Below are positions 47,900-60,166 of a stretch of 64,000 nt of DNA, one piece after another. How positions within the stretch are numbered: the stretch's first letter is position 1; the number at the start of each line of letters is the position of its first letter. Both the position numbers and the translations under genes were made by a program. Source of the DNA: Anaeromyxobacter sp. (GTDB lineage: Bacteria > Myxococcota > Myxococcia > Myxococcales > Anaeromyxobacteraceae); contig JASGJN010000020.1 of the NCBI GenBank assembly GCA_049840735.1, positions 860,720 through 924,719 of the forward strand. Reading direction: 5' to 3'. The notes below the pieces were generated by a model that was not told the DNA's origin, searched no databases, and worked only from the letters and a program-made list of their open reading frames with translations.

Positions 47900-49129
47900 T
47901 CACCGGTCACACCCCAAGGGCGCACGCGCTGGAGCAAGTGAAGGCGAGAGGGAGGGGGAGAGGGAGGGCACGAAGGCCGCCATCTTCTCGCGCCCGTAGG
48001 TCTGCACCGCCGCCCAGAGGTTATGTCCCCGGCAACGGAGCCGAAGGTTGGCGGCGGTGGGCAGCCCGCCCATCGCCTCCGGGTCGATGTGGTCCAGCTC
48101 CAGCTGCCAGCGGCTGCAGCAGCGGCGGCCGTCCGGGGAGACGTAGGTGCAGCAGCCGCCATCGCGCGCCCAGACTTCGCGGCGAACGACGGCCGTGACG
48201 GTGCGAGGGTCGAAGCGGTACGCGGTGGCGAAGAGCGGGAGCGGGTCAGTGGAGGGAACCGTGACCGGAACCGGCGCGGAGAGCGTCGCCGGCTTCGAGT
48301 CCTCGGGCGCAGCAGCAGCGGGAGCCTCCGCCTTGTTCAGCTCCACCGCCCCCTTTCGCTTGGCGTGCTTCTCCACGGCGCACCGGAGCGCCTCCTTGAG
48401 CACGTCGGCCAGGTTGCCGTCGGGCACCTTGTGGGAGAGGAGTTCACGGAGCGTCTCGAGGTCAGCGTGCGCCGCCTCGTCGAGCGTGACGCGCATCGAC
48501 CACTGCTCCGCGTTCACCGGGTGAAGCTCGGGGCGGCTGGGGACAGGGGTGGGCGCCGAGAGCGCGAAGGCGGGCTCCGAGGAAACGGCCGGCTCCTGAG
48601 GCTGGGACGGAGCCGCCTCGACCGGCGCGGTCACCAGTGCAGTCGCACCCGTTGGATCCACCGGACGAGGCTGGGAGGCGGCAGGGGGCGTAGAAGGGAG
48701 CCGACGCACCCCGTTCTTCGGCGCCTCGCGGGGCTTGAGGGTCACCACCAGCCGCTCCACCTCGGCCTTGGACTTGAAGGCGGCGCCTCCGACCAGCTCC
48801 TCCAGGTTCTCCTCGGTCAGCACATCGCGCAGCATCCCCAGCGTGGAGAGCGAGAGCCTACCCTCGCGCAGCGGCGCCTCGAGGGAGGGGAACCGGGACA
48901 GCAGCCGCATGGCCGTGATGCGGCGGTAGGCGCCGTCCTCGGAGAGGTGGAGCACCTCCCGGCAGTAGGCCCAGAGCGACGGGTAGCCCTGCTCCAGGTA
49001 GAGCTTCCGCCGCTCCACCTCCGCCAGCACCAGCAGGAGCCCGACCTTGATGCCGCGCTCGTCCGAGGCGAGAGCGTGCAGCCGGGCGATGAGGGAGCTG
49101 TTGTCGAGCACATCGAGTCGGGCGTTCAT
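47900..49129 (-). CDS. HNH endonuclease-domain protein, 409 aa
   Basis: ATG after GGAGGT; C-terminal VRREVWARDGGCC...C...LELDHIDP..MGG...ANLRLRCRGHN; ~130-aa helical N-terminal domain and a Pro/Ala linker. Confidence 0.9.
   Translation of the reverse strand: MNARLDVLDNSSLIARLHALASDERGIKVGLLLVLAEVERRKLYLEQGYPSLWAYCREVLHLSEDGAYRRITAMRLLSRFPSLEAPLREGRLSLSTLGMLRDVLTEENLEELVGGAAFKSKAEVERLVVTLKPREAPKNGVRRLPSTPPAASQPRPVDPTGATALVTAPVEAAPSQPQEPAVSSEPAFALSAPTPVPSRPELHPVNAEQWSMRVTLDEAAHADLETLRELLSHKVPDGNLADVLKEALRCAVEKHAKRKGAVELNKAEAPAAAAPEDSKPATLSAPVPVTVPSTDPLPLFATAYRFDPRTVTAVVRREVWARDGGCCTYVSPDGRRCCSRWQLELDHIDPEAMGGLPTAANLRLRCRGHNLWAAVQTYGREKMAAFVPSLSPSLSPSLAPARAPLGCDR
47911..47941 (+). repeat. Isolated 31-bp copy of the 41-bp array unit inside the HNH gene 3' end
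   Basis: ACCCCAAGGGCGCACGCGCTGGAGCAAGTGA is identical to array positions 49586-49616. Confidence 0.92.
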
Positions 49130-49412
49130 TGGCGTGCACCTCCAGCAGAGGACGCCATCGTAAGCCTGGTTTTCGAGGTGCTCGCCGAGGCCCCTGGCGC
49201 CGCCCAGGAGGCGAGATTCTCGCGAGCCCATCTCCGCTCCCCCACGCGCCTCCCCGCGCGCCCAGGAGATCACGCAGAGCGTTGCAGGAGAGGCGTTTCC
49301 GGCGGAGCCGCGCCGCGGAAGCCGCGCCGCGCCAAATTCACGTCAAGCAAAATCCGGCGAAGGCCGCGAGACGCCCCACTTGCTCCAGCGGCGGCGTTTC
49401 ACGGCGCCTGGG

Positions 49413-49459
49413 CTTCGACTCCGCGAGCCCTGCGGGCTCGCTACGCTCAGCCCGAACGG
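49413..49459 (+). repeat. Family A REP-like palindrome
   Basis: CTTCGACTCC-GCGAGCCC-TGC-GGGCTCGC-TACGCTCAGCCCGAACGG. Confidence 0.8.
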
Positions 49460-49506
49460 ATCCTCAACGTCATCAGCAATGACTTGACCCCATCCCGGCT
49501 CTTCCT

Positions 49507-49982
49507 CCAAGGGCGCACGCGCTGGAGTAAGTGACTCCCAGCTGGCCCTAAGGGCGCACGCGCTGGAGCAAGTGACTCCCAGTTGACCCCAAGGGCGCAC
49601 GCGCTGGAGCAAGTGACTCCCAGTTGACCCCAAGGGCGCACGCGCCGGAGCAAGTAACTCCCAGTTGGCCCCAAGGGCGCACGCGCTGGAGTAAGTGACT
49701 CCCCGTTAACCCCAAGGGCGCACGCGCTGGAGCAAGCAACTCTCAGTCGACCCCAAGGGCGCACGCGCTGGAGCAAGTAGCTCTCAGTCGACCCCAGGGG
49801 CGCACGCACTGGAGCAAGTAACTCTCAGTTGACCCCAAGGGCGCACGCGCTGGAGTAAGTGACTCTCAGTTGACTCCAAGGGCGCACGCGCTGGAGTAAG
49901 TAACTCTCAGTTGACCCCAAGGGCGCACGCGCTGGAGCAAGTGACTCCCAGTTGACTCCAAGGGCGCACGCGCTGGAGTAAG
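49507..49982. repeat. Tandem array of 41-bp units: 11 full units plus a terminal 25-bp core
   Basis: Unit starts at 49507, 49548, 49589, 49630, 49671, 49712, 49753, 49794, 49835, 49876, 49917 and 49958; consensus CCAAGGGCGCACGCGCTGGAGYAAG-TRACTCYCAGTTGACC. Confidence 0.95.
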
Positions 49983-50001
49983 CGCAAACAAGAATGACCT
50001 G

Positions 50002-50472
50002 CCCCCTCCCCGTCCCCTCTCCCCCTCCCCGTCCCCCTCCCCGTCCCCTCTCCCCGTCCCCTCTCCCCGTCCCCTCTCCCCGTCCCCTCTCCCCGTCCCC
50101 TCTCCCCGTCCCCTCTCCCCGTCCCCTCTCCCCGTCCCCTCTCCCCGTCCCCTCTCCCCGTCCCCTCTCCCCGTCCCCTCTCCCCGTCCCCCCTCCCCGT
50201 CCCCCCTCCCCGTCCCCCCTCCCCGTCCCCCCTCCCCGTCCCCCCTCCCCGTCCCCCCTCCCCGTCCCCCCTCCCCGTCCCCCCTTCCCCGTCCCCCCTC
50301 CCCGTCCCCCCTCCCCGTCCCCCCTCCCCGTCCCCCCTCCCCGTCCCCCCTCCCCGTCCCCCCTCCCCGTCCTCCTCCCCGTCCTCCTCCCCGTCCTCCT
50401 CCCCGTCCCTCTCCCCGTCCCTCTCCCCGTCCCTCTCCCCGTCCCCGTCCCCAGCCCCCTCTCCCCGTCCCT
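50002..50472. repeat. 12-13-bp C-rich/G-rich minisatellite (CCCCGTCCCCTCT and variants)
   Basis: About 35 units; the plus strand has no A for ~450 bp. Confidence 0.92.
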
Positions 50473-50628
50473 CAGCACGGCCCCGGCCACAGGCGCGGGG
50501 CGCAGGGGGCCCCCCGCGCCCTGTACCGACGGCAGCGCCAAGCACGGCAGCGCCAACCACGCCACCGCCAACCGCCCCACCCCACACGCAAGAAGGGCCG
50601 AAGCCGCCACCGGCCCCGGCCCCCTTCA

Positions 50629-52362
<1,734 letters not shown>

Positions 52363-52493
52363 CTAACCGCCGCCCGGTGCCGGTCAAGCGACCGCCGGAG
52401 GGCGCTCCGGACACGCTCCGTCAGTGAACTCCGTCGCGTCCCTCCGCCCCCCGCCGGGGTGGGGCTGCGCGTTGACAACCCGGGGCGAACGCG

Positions 52494-53585
52494 GTGACCT
52501 CGCCGCCCATGCGAGGGCGGGACGTGCGCGGCAGGGGAGCGGAGCTCGAGCGGTTGCTGGAGGTCGCCGCCGAGGCCTACGAGGCAGGCCGGCTGGAGGA
52601 GGCGCTGGCGCGGGCCGAGGAGGCGCTCCGAGCCGAGCCGCGGGCGGTCGCAGCCCTGCACTACCGGGCGGCCTCGCTGGCCGGACTGGGGCACCAGGAG
52701 GAAGCGCGCCAGGCCTACGCCACGGCCCTGCGCCAGGACCGGGACGACCTCGACCTGCTGGCGGGCGCGGCCGACTTCCTGCTCAACGGCCTCGGCGATG
52801 ACGAGGCGGAGCGGGTCGATCTGGAGGAGGCGCTGGCGCTGGCCGAGCGCGGGAGCAAGCTTTCGCGCAAGGCCCGCGCGCCCGACCGCCAGGCCGAGTT
52901 CGCCTGGCTGGAGGGGGTGGCGCTCAACCAGCTGGGCCAGCCGGAGGAGGCGCTGGCGCGGCTGGCGGTGGCGGAGCGCGAGGGGCCGCAGGTGGACGTG
53001 CTGCTGGAGAAGGGCTTCGCGCTCCACGAGCTGTCCCGGTTCGACGAGGCGCACGCGGCGCTGGCGGCGGCCGAGGCGCTGGACCCCGAGGACGCGTGGA
53101 TCCAGCACACGCTGGGGCTGGTGGCCGAGCGGCGCGGCGCGGCCGAGGAGGCCCGGCAGCGGTTCGCGCGCGCCCGCCGGCTCTCGCCGGACGAGTTCCC
53201 GAAGCCGGTGGCGCTCTCCCAGGCCGCCTTCGACGCCGCCGTGGAGGACGCGCTGACGGACCTCCCCGAGCCGGTGCGCCGTTACCTGGCCAACGTGGCC
53301 ATCACGGTGGAGGACCTGCCCAGCGACGACGACCTGCGGGGCTCCGACCCGCCGCTCTCGCCCGCCATCCTGGGGCTGTTCCGCGGCGCGCCTTACGGCC
53401 AGAAGGCCTCCATGGACCCCTGGAGCCACTTCCCGTCGTCGATCGTGCTCTACCAGAAGAACCTGGAGCGGTTCGCCCGCAGCCGCACCGAGCTGATCGA
53501 GCAGATCGGCGTGACCCTCATCCACGAGGTGGGCCACTTCCTCGGGCTGGACGAGGACGAGCTGTACGAGCGGGGGCTGGAGTGA
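52494..53585 (+). CDS. TPR plus zincin-like metallopeptidase (DUF1025-like)
   Basis: TPR helices; ILGLFRG, IVLYQKNL and HEVGHFLG motifs. Confidence 0.85.
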   Translation: MTSPPMRGRDVRGRGAELERLLEVAAEAYEAGRLEEALARAEEALRAEPRAVAALHYRAASLAGLGHQEEARQAYATALRQDRDDLDLLAGAADFLLNGLGDDEAERVDLEEALALAERGSKLSRKARAPDRQAEFAWLEGVALNQLGQPEEALARLAVAEREGPQVDVLLEKGFALHELSRFDEAHAALAAAEALDPEDAWIQHTLGLVAERRGAAEEARQRFARARRLSPDEFPKPVALSQAAFDAAVEDALTDLPEPVRRYLANVAITVEDLPSDDDLRGSDPPLSPAILGLFRGAPYGQKASMDPWSHFPSSIVLYQKNLERFARSRTELIEQIGVTLIHEVGHFLGLDEDELYERGLE

Positions 53586-53597
53586 GCGGGCCCCTGG

Positions 53598-53705
53598 CCT
53601 TCGACTCCGGGCCCGCCTTCGGCGTGCCCTACGCTCAGGCCGAACGGCGTGGTCTTCCGTTCACCCTGAGCGTAGCCGCGGCGCCGCCGCGGCGGAGTCA
53701 AAGGG
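53598..53705. repeat. Inverted pair of family A REP-like palindromes
   Basis: CCTTCGACTCC...CTACGCTCAGGCCGAACGG (53598-53647) faces CCGTTCACCCTGAGCGTAG...GAGTCAAAGGG (53657-53705). Confidence 0.85.
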
Positions 53706-53729
53706 CGCCGGCGCGCCGCCGCGCGCGGC

Positions 53730-54182
53730 CTACGCCACCAGCTTCTCGAACACCTCGCGCACGTAGTCGAGCGGGCCGGGGGCGGCGGCCGGCGCCTGCT
53801 GGGCGCGGAGCCGCGCGATCCAGGCGGCGCAGGCCGCGCACTCGCGCGCCTCGTGGACGACCGGCGGCGTCCGCACCGCGCCGGTGCGGGCGATGGCCCG
53901 GAGCCGGAGCAGCTGGTCGGGCTCGTCGAGCAGGCAGCGGGCGGGCGCGCCGGTCGCGGTCAGGCCGTGGCGGAGCGGGAGGACCGCGGAGCGGCGCGCG
54001 GGGATCGACCCGTCCTCGGCCAGGTCCTCGCGCGGCGGGGCGCTGAGGATGGCGCGCAGCCACCACGGGCCGTCGGGCGGCCGCGGACCGGCGTCCAGCT
54101 CCTCCCCCAGGAACTCGGAGTGCGGGCGGGGTTCGACGGTGGCGATGGTGGGGATGAGCGAACCGGCGTCGTGGGGGAACAT
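53730..54182 (-). CDS. Hypothetical protein with Cys/His cluster
   Basis: GGAGG before MFPHDAG; C...HEARECAAC motif. Confidence 0.55.
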   Translation of the reverse strand: MFPHDAGSLIPTIATVEPRPHSEFLGEELDAGPRPPDGPWWLRAILSAPPREDLAEDGSIPARRSAVLPLRHGLTATGAPARCLLDEPDQLLRLRAIARTGAVRTPPVVHEARECAACAAWIARLRAQQAPAAAPGPLDYVREVFEKLVA

Positions 54183-54526
54183 GTGCGGACCCCTCCAGGT
54201 CCTGGGGGCCGCGAGGTGCGCGGCCGCCCACCCGTAGAGCATCGCGCGTGCCACCGAGGGCCGCTGCGACCGTTTGGTGCCCGAGCGCTCGCGTGGCGGG
54301 CGGTTGTGCCCCTCGGGCGCCTGGTCGCCTCTCCGGCGGGGTGCATCGGCCCATTCGCACTGTCACCGTCGCGAGACAGGTGCCGCCCGACGCATCCCTC
54401 GCCCCGAGGACACCGCCGCGCCACACCCTGTGGATTTCTTCAGCTGGGCCTGCCCGCGAGCCGCGCTGGGAGCGGAAACCGGCCGAGAAATTGACCTGTT
54501 GGGACCGATATCGGATGGTCGCCGGA

Positions 54527-56956
<2,430 letters not shown>

Positions 56957-56967
56957 GCGAGGCGCCC

Positions 56968-57813
56968 ATGGGCCGCTCGGCGATGGTGATCGGCGCAGGC
57001 CGCCTCGCCTCGGCGCTCGTGCCGGGCCTCCGCGCGGCGGGCCTGGAGGTGGCCGGCGTGGCGCGATCCAAGGCGGGCCGGGCCCGGCTGCGCAGGCTGG
57101 GCGCCCGCCCGGCCGCGCTGGCCGAGGCCTCCGCCCACGCCCTGGTGCTGCTGGCGGTCCCGGACGGCGCGGTGGCCGAGGCGGCGGCGGCGCTGGCCCC
57201 GCACCTGCGCCGCGGGCAGGTGGTGGCGCACGGGGCCGGGGCGCTGGGGCTCGAGCCGCTGGCGCCGGTGCGGGCGCGCGGGGCGCACCCGGGCTCGCTC
57301 CACCCGGTGCAGGCGCTGGCCGGTGGCCCCTTCGCGCCCGGGACCGTGGCCGCGGTGGACGGCGATCCGGCCGCGCGCCGGAGGCTGCGCGCGCTGGCCC
57401 GCGCGCTCGGGCTGCGCCCCATCGCCGTGCCGGCGGCGGGCCGCGTCGGGTACCACGCCGCGGCGGTGATCGCCTCCAACCTGACGCTGGCCCTGTTCGA
57501 CCTGGCCTGCCAGGCCTGGGCCGAGGCCGGCGCGCCGCCCGCCGAGGCGGCCCGGGCGCTCTTGCCGCTGCTGCGCGGCACGGTGGAGAACCTGGCCGCG
57601 CGCGGGCTCCCCGGCGCGCTGACCGGCCCGGCCTCGCGCGGCGACGCGGCGGTGGTGGCGCGGCAGGCGGCGGCGCTGCAGGGGGAGCCGGGAGCGGCGT
57701 ACCGGCTGCTCACCCGCCGGCTGGTGGCGCTGGCGCGGCGGGGCGGGCTGCCCGAGGCGCGCGCGGCGGCGGTGCTGCGGGCGCTGGCCCCGCCGCGGCG
57801 GGGGCGGCGGTGA
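56968..57813 (+). CDS. Rossmann-like/DUF2520 oxidoreductase (PanG-like)
   Basis: IGAGRL, LAVPDG, HPVQ, YHAAAVIASN and LTGPASRGD motifs. Confidence 0.85.
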   Translation: MGRSAMVIGAGRLASALVPGLRAAGLEVAGVARSKAGRARLRRLGARPAALAEASAHALVLLAVPDGAVAEAAAALAPHLRRGQVVAHGAGALGLEPLAPVRARGAHPGSLHPVQALAGGPFAPGTVAAVDGDPAARRRLRALARALGLRPIAVPAAGRVGYHAAAVIASNLTLALFDLACQAWAEAGAPPAEAARALLPLLRGTVENLAARGLPGALTGPASRGDAAVVARQAAALQGEPGAAYRLLTRRLVALARRGGLPEARAAAVLRALAPPRRGRR

Positions 57814-58950
57814 GCGAGCAGGGCCGCCGCCTCCGCGAGCTGGCCGGGCTCTTCCTGCGGCTGGGCGCCACCGCCTTCGGAGGTCCCGCCGCCCACATCG
57901 CGCTCATGGAGGACGAGGTGGTGCGCCGGCGCGGGTGGCTCACCCGCGAGGAGCTGCTGGACCTGCTGGGCGCCTGCAACCTCATCCCCGGCCCCAACTC
58001 AACCGAGCTGGCCATCCACATCGGCCACCGGCGCGCCGGCTTCCCGGGCCTGCTGGTGGCTGGGGCCTGCTTCATCCTCCCGGCGGCGCTGATCGTCACC
58101 GGCCTGGGTTGGCTGTATGTCGCCGCCGGAGGGTTGCCTGCGCTGGGCGGCGTGCTGCGCGGGGTGAAGCCGGTGGTGCTGGCGGTGGTGCTGCAGGCGC
58201 TGCTCGGCTTCGCGCGCACCGCGCTGCGCGGGCCGGCCGCCTGGGCGCTGGCGCTGGCCGCCGCTGCGGCCGCGGCCGTGGGGGTGGACGAGCTCCTGGT
58301 GCTGGGGGCCAGCGGCGCCCTGGCCCTGGCGCTCTCCCGCCGCCGCGGTGGCCGCGCCGGCGCCGCCGCGCTCCCGCTGGCCACCGCCCTCGCCCCCGCG
58401 GCCGGCGCGCTGCCGGTCCCCTTCGGCCTCTCCACGCTGTTCCTCACCTTCCTCAAGATCGGCTCGGTCCTGTTCGGCAGCGGGTACGTGCTGCTGGCCT
58501 TCCTCCGCGCCGATCTCGGTGGAGCGGCTGGGCTGGCTCACCGAGGCCCAGCTGCTCGACGCGGTGGCCGTGGGCCAGGTGACCCCGGGGCCGGTCTTCA
58601 CCACCGCCACGTTCGTGGGCTACCTGCTGGGCGGCGGCGTGGGCGCGGCGGTGGCCACCGCCGGCATCTTCCTGCCCGCCTTCGTCTTCGTGGCGCTGTC
58701 CGGGCCGCTGGTCCCGCGCCTGCGCCGCTCGCCGGCGGCGGGCGCGGTGCTGGACGGCGTCAACCTGGCCTCGCTGGCCCTCATGGCGGTGGTGACGGCG
58801 CGGCTGGCGGCCCCGGTGCTGGTCGACCCTCTGGGCCTGGGGCTCTTCGCGGTCTCGGTCCTGCTGCTGCTGCGGCTGCGCTGGAGCTCGAGCTGGCTGG
58901 TGCTGGGCGGAGCCGTCCTGGGGGCGCTGCTGGCCATGCTGGGCGCGTGA
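57810..58950 (+). CDS. chrA: Chromate ion transporter (CHR family), apparent frameshift at ~58517
   Basis: GATAFGGP, PGPNSTE, FGSGY and GQVTPGP motifs. Confidence 0.9.
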
Positions 58951-58961
58951 GCGCCCCGGGG

Positions 58962-59519
58962 CTAGCGGTACAGCCCGCGCTCCGCGACGTAGGCCAGCAC
59001 CTTGCGCGGCACCAGGCCGGAGACGTCCTCGCCGCGCGCCAGCCGCTCGCGCACCTCGGTGGAGGAGATGGCCGGCAGCGCCGGCGCGCCCGGCACCGGC
59101 GGGAACCCCTCGCGCCCGATCACGATCAGCGTGGCCAGCGCCTGCACGCGATCCCAGCGGTACCACTTGTCGGTGTCGGGCAGGATGTCGGCCCCGATCA
59201 CCAGCGAGAAGCGGTGGTCGGGGTGCTTCTGGACCAGGTGCTCCAGCACGCGGGCCGTCTTCCCGGCCAGCGGGTCGCCGGCCAGCTCGCGCTCGGCCGG
59301 GCAGACGTGCACGCCGCGCAGCGCCGCGGCCGCCAGCTCGCACATCCGCACCCGGTCCTCGAACGGCGCCAGCGCCTTGCCGAACGGATGCGACCAGGTG
59401 GGCATGAGCCAGACCTCGCCCACGTCCTGCGTGGCCAGGGTCCAGTAGGCCGCCATCAGGTGGGCGGCGTGGGGCGGGTTGAAGGAGCCGCCCAGCAGCG
59501 CGACGCGGCGCGGGCTCAT
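58962..59519 (-). CDS. nadD: Nicotinate-nucleotide adenylyltransferase
   Basis: GGSFNPPHAAH, IGAD and ISSTEVR motifs. Confidence 0.9.
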   Translation of the reverse strand: MSPRRVALLGGSFNPPHAAHLMAAYWTLATQDVGEVWLMPTWSHPFGKALAPFEDRVRMCELAAAALRGVHVCPAERELAGDPLAGKTARVLEHLVQKHPDHRFSLVIGADILPDTDKWYRWDRVQALATLIVIGREGFPPVPGAPALPAISSTEVRERLARGEDVSGLVPRKVLAYVAERGLYR

Positions 59520-60157
59520 CGGACCGAGACCTTACCACCGCCGGCCAGCGGCGCCCGGACCGTGCGCAGCAGCGCGCCGTCCAGCCCGTGGACGGCCAGC
59601 GCGACCTCGGCCGCGTCCAGCTCCACCAGCCCCCAGCTGGCCACCCCGCCGGGTGGCGGGCCCAGCGGCCCGGGGGTGACGAAGACGCGCGGGCCGATGC
59701 GCACCAGCGCCGCCGCGTCGGCCTTGCCGTGGAAGAGGAGCGAGGCGTTCTCGATGTCGTCCCGGCTCAGGTCGGCCTTGTCGTGGACCAGCGCGCAGAT
59801 GCGCCCGTCCAGCAGGTCCACCACCTTGCGCGGCGCCACCGAGGCTTCCTCGGGGCAGTCGCGGCTGGCCACCCGGACCAGCCGCGACGCGAGCGGGTCC
59901 GGCGGCGGGACCTGCCGCGCCAGGGCCCCCTGCACCGCGGCCAGGAACTCCAGGTCGGTGCGCGGGACCGGCGCCGCCGTCGCCGGCGCGGACGGCGCCT
60001 GCAGCCGGGCCTGGCGCCGCTCCAGCGCGGCCTCGAGGTCGGCCCAGCGCCCGCCCAGGAAGAAGACCCGGTCCACGCGCGCCGCCTCGAACGCGTCGAG
60101 CGCGCGCACCAGCGCGTCCACCTCCCCCTGCGAGTCGCTGACCAGCCCCAGGCGCAT
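59516..60157 (-). CDS. Degenerate metallophosphoesterase-like protein
   Basis: MRLGLVSDSQG N-terminus and TPG motif; metal ligands partly lost. Confidence 0.55.
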   Translation of the reverse strand: MRLGLVSDSQGEVDALVRALDAFEAARVDRVFFLGGRWADLEAALERRQARLQAPSAPATAAPVPRTDLEFLAAVQGALARQVPPPDPLASRLVRVASRDCPEEASVAPRKVVDLLDGRICALVHDKADLSRDDIENASLLFHGKADAAALVRIGPRVFVTPGPLGPPPGGVASWGLVELDAAEVALAVHGLDGALLRTVRAPLAGGGKVSVR

Positions 60158-60166
60158 GGTGGCGGT

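Noticed and set aside
49130..49273. Extended 457-aa start for the HNH ORF
   Set aside because: The ATG at 49129 has a GGAGGT RBS and begins the folded-looking domain; the upstream 48 codons look non-coding.
49507..49982. Canonical CRISPR array
   Set aside because: The 16-bp intervening segments are variants of one sequence rather than unique spacers, they are too short, and no cas genes are in the window.
47900..49982. TIGR-Tas or IscB/OMEGA system
   Set aside because: The units lack two independently variable spacers and box C/D-like motifs, and the protein shows no recognisable Nop, RuvC or PLMP motifs. A distant analogy is not excluded.
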